DNA of 64,000 nucleotides from Rhizodiscina lignyota (Eukaryota): NCBI GenBank assembly GCA_010015805.1, contig ML978138.1, positions 434,001 to 498,000 of the forward strand, read 5' to 3'. Shown piece by piece: positions 60,513 to 64,000 of this stretch (position 1 is its first letter; each line of letters starts with the position of its first letter). The notes under the pieces were generated by a model. It saw only the letters and a program-made list of their open reading frames with translations, ran no database searches and was not told where the DNA came from. The position numbers and the translations under genes were made by a program.

Positions 60513-63500
60513 ATGGCGACTCTAAATTCATTCTTGTCAAAATTTGTCCTGCTTTCTTACCTTACTTGCTCATTCGTGAACGGACAGGCTACAACTACGA
60601 CTGGATCGATTGGAACTGTAACGATTGATGGGCATGCGTCCACTTTCAGCGCACAATTCACCGTTCCAGCAGGTGCTCAGAATGGTGTACCAGTACTCCC
60701 AAACATCGACGATCCGAAAGCTGTAGATGCTCAAACTGTATGCCCTGGATACAAGGCATCCAATGTCAAACAGACAAACTCGGGGCTGACAGCCTCGCTC
60801 TCCCTCGCCGGCAAAGCGTGCAATGTCTATGGGACAGACATTGAGAGCTTGAGCTTGACTGTGGAATATCAGTCCGATTCCCGGCTTTCGGTCAACATTC
60901 AGCCTACATATCTTGTAAGTAAGATCTCGAACCGAATGCAGGCGTAGGAGACGGCGGCGGTGGCGGATCGTAAAATCATAAGATTTGTGCCTGATGATAT
61001 TACAGGGCCCGAAGAACACCTCTTGGTTCGTCCTTGCAGACAACCTTGTGCCAAAACCTCCCACAAGCAGTGGCGGGTATGGTTACGGTCGTAGCAGCGA
61101 CTTGAAAGTCGACTGGGGCAACAGTCCCTCATTCTGGTTTTCTGTCACCCGAGAATCCACTAATGACATTCTCTTCAGCACGAAGGGAAATGTCATCGTC
61201 TACGAGAACCAATTCCTGGAGATTGTTTCGACACTGCCAGAAGACTATAATCTCTATGGGCTCGGAGAGCATATTCACGGTTTACGATTGGGGAATAACT
61301 ATACCGCAACTCTTTACGCTGCAGACGTAGGAGATCCAATCGACTTGAATATCTATGGATCTCATCCGTTTTACCTAGATACAAGATACTACTCTAAAGG
61401 CTCCAATGGAAAGCATACATACATACCGCAAGGCAGTTGGCAGAGCAGTAATGGAGGTTACGTTGGGCACGGAAGTACAAGCGGCACTTCCTCGTACTCC
61501 CATGGCGTTTATCTTCGCAATGCCCACGGCCAGGATATACTTCTTCGCCCTGATAGTATCACCTGGCGCACCCTGGGTGGAGCTTTCGAATTCTACTTCT
61601 ATGATGGACCCTCTGCACTTGACGTAACTCGGCAATATCAGACCAGCGCCACCGGCCTCCCAGCTATGCAGCAGTACTTCGGATTTGGATACCACCAGTG
61701 CCGTTGGGGGTATGCAAACTGGACGCAGCTGCAAGAGGTTGTGGACAATTTCAAGAGGCTTGACATCCCACTTGAGACCATTTGGACTGATATTGACTGT
61801 GAGTTTCTGATTCTTTCAAACATTGAAGCATTGCAGGCTAACAATCATAGACATGAAGCTGTATCGCGACTTTACCAACGACCCAGTAACCTTTAGCGTG
61901 CCCGAAGGGAAAGAATTCCTGGCTAAGCTGCACGCAAATAACCAGCATTACGTTCCGATCGTAGATTCAGCGATATACATCCCGAATCCTGACAACGAAA
62001 CCGACGCGTACCCAACTTATAATCGAGGACACGAAGCTGGCGTGTTCCTGCTCAATCCTGGGACCGATGAGGAATACATTGGAGATGTGTGGCCAGGGTA
62101 AGTGCAACACGGATTCGCTCTCAGCTTGATATATGTTGACAATTGAGAAGATACACGGTATTTCCGGATTGGCAGGCTAGCAAAGCTGTAGAATGGTGGT
62201 CCAACGAGCTTGTAAATTGGTACAAAGATATCCACTTCGATGGCATCTGGATCGACATGTCGGAAGTCAGCTCATTCTGCGTCGGCTCCTGCGGTACCGG
62301 GAACTTGTCTCTCAACCCTGTCCATCCACCATTCGGTCTCCCTGGCGAACCTGGAAATAAGGTTTTTGATTACCCTGAAGGCTTCAATATCACCAATGCG
62401 ACTGAGGCGGCTGCGGCTCTCTCATCTTCATCAAGTCAGGCGTCGGCAAATGCTGCGGCTACTCCTGCGGGCTCGCCAACGTCTACTACGTATCTTCGTA
62501 CGACGCCGACGCCCGGCGTGAGAGACATCAATCATCCGCCGTACGTAATCAATAATGTCCAAGGCGATCTAGCAGTGCATGCTGTTAGTCCGAATGCGAC
62601 ACACCACGACGGTGTTGTGGAGTATGATGTGCACAATCTCTTCGGTCATCAAATTCTCAATGCAACATACCAGGGGCTTCTCAGGTACGTAATCCTTTCC
62701 AAAACCGCTTCTAGTCTCTGGATGAATAGATTTCCATTGACAATCTCTCAGCGTCTTCCCTGGCAAACGTCCATTTATCATCGGCCGGTCAACATTTGCT
62801 TCAACCGGCCGCTGGGCTGGTCACTGGGGTGGCGACAATGCTAGCAAATGGTGCGTTGGCCCCTTTTCTGAGTATTTCTTGCCCACTGATAGAACCAGGT
62901 ATTACATGTACTTCTCGATCCCACAGGCCCTCTCCTTCGCACTCTTTGGCATCCCCATGTTCGGCGTCGATACATGTGGCTTCAACGGCAATTCGGATTA
63001 CGAACTCTGCTCTCGTTGGATGCAGCTCAGTGCCTTCTTCCCGTTCTACAGGAACCACAACGAGAAAAGTACTAATAGCCAGGAGCCGTACATCTGGAGC
63101 TCCGTGACTACGGCTACGAAGACGGCGATGAATATTCGATACAATCTTCTACCGTACATCTACACGCTGTTCTACAACGCGCACACTAAGGGCGATACTG
63201 TCATGCGTGCTCTGGCGTGGGAGTTCCCGTCCGATCCTTCCCTCGCTAATGCGGATCGCCAGTTCTTGCTCGGTCCTTCGATCCTGGTGACGCCGGTGCT
63301 TGATCAAGGTGCAAGCAGTGTGAAAGGGGTCTTCCCAGGTGTCGGAGACGGTGAAGTCTGGTATGATTGGTACACAGGTAGTGCAGTCTCCGCCTCTCCA
63401 GGGGAGAACAAGACCATAGAGGCACCACTAGGTCATATCCCAGTCTATGTCAGAGGCGGCAGCATCCTGCCGATGCAGGAACCGGGTTACACAACCACTG

Positions 63501-63856
63501 AATGCAGGAAGAACCCCTGGAAACTGCTCGTTGCGCTTGATGAGCGTGGAAGTGCATCGGGAGAGGTCTACATCGATGACGGGGAGAGTTTGGAGCCGAG
63601 CGAGACTCTGTTGGTCGACTTCTCTGTGCGGAAGAATGGTCTGAGTGTCAAGGTCAAGGGGAATTACAAAGTTGAGCAGCCGCTCTCTAATGTGACGGTA
63701 TTGGGTGTCGGAAGCAAGCCTGGCAATGTCAAGTTGAACGGCAAGGCTGTTAGTGGTGTGAGCTATGAGAGCGAGAGCAAGGTCGCGTATATCACTGGCT
63801 TGGAAGATCTAACAAAGGGAGGCGCATTCAGTGGGGATTGGACGTTGAGCTGGTGA
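60513..63856 (+). CDS. Secreted GH31 alpha-glucosidase; multi-exon
   Basis: Signal peptide, YGLGEH, YGSHPFY, HQCRWGY, WTDID, nucleophile WIDMSE, acid/base HWGGDN and FPFYRNHN. Confidence 0.95.
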
Positions 63857-64000
63857 TATTGAATCAGGGTCACAGTATTTTGCAAGCTGTTGTGGAGTCG
63901 TGATTTCTATGTGCATGCGGCAAATAATCACGACTTACAAATCTTAGTCTTGCTCTGACTTCGCTTTCACTGCCACCGTGACCGGCTCGCTCGGAGTGGG

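Noticed and set aside
1..64000. Transposons, tRNA or rRNA genes
   Set aside because: I recognised no transposase, RT or integrase ORFs, LTR/TIR pairs, extended RIP-like AT-rich blocks or cloverleaf structures by eye. A tRNAscan-SE/Infernal run would be needed to exclude small RNAs.

Overview
This is eukaryotic genomic DNA from a filamentous ascomycete (Pezizomycotina, plausibly a Dothideomycete). The evidence is short GT-AG introns with CTRAC/CTRAY branch points and fungal-specific gene families. About 27 protein-coding genes can be reconstructed across introns. Housekeeping genes include a PIC2-type mitochondrial phosphate carrier, HPM1 His-methyltransferase, PAH1 lipin, an FN3/coiled-coil protein, an INO4-like bHLH and a Munc13-like C2 protein. 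CAZymes are a GH92, a PL7 and a GH31. Accessory genes include two SDRs, a flavin monooxygenase, a PTH11-like GPCR, a non-RD kinase, two F-box-like orphans and a HET-ZZ protein. The best candidate for an undescribed system is a five-gene putative catabolic cluster at 6.6-16.3 kb: a Dal5-family MFS permease, an atypical alpha/beta hydrolase, a Leu3/Sef1-like Zn2Cys6 regulator, an AtuA/DUF1446-DUF4387 fusion enzyme and a poly(aspartate) hydrolase-like esterase. The promoters of its four structural genes share an everted SCG-N4-CGS element of the type Leu3 binds. Other notable items are a nucleotide-sugar-transporter-like/DUF3431 fusion, the HET effector with a C-terminal ZZ zinc finger, and a 39-bp tandem array that could be spliced onto the bHLH gene. 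I recognised no rRNA, tRNA, CRISPR array or intact transposon. All family calls come from motif recognition by eye, not database searches. Gene coordinates span introns.
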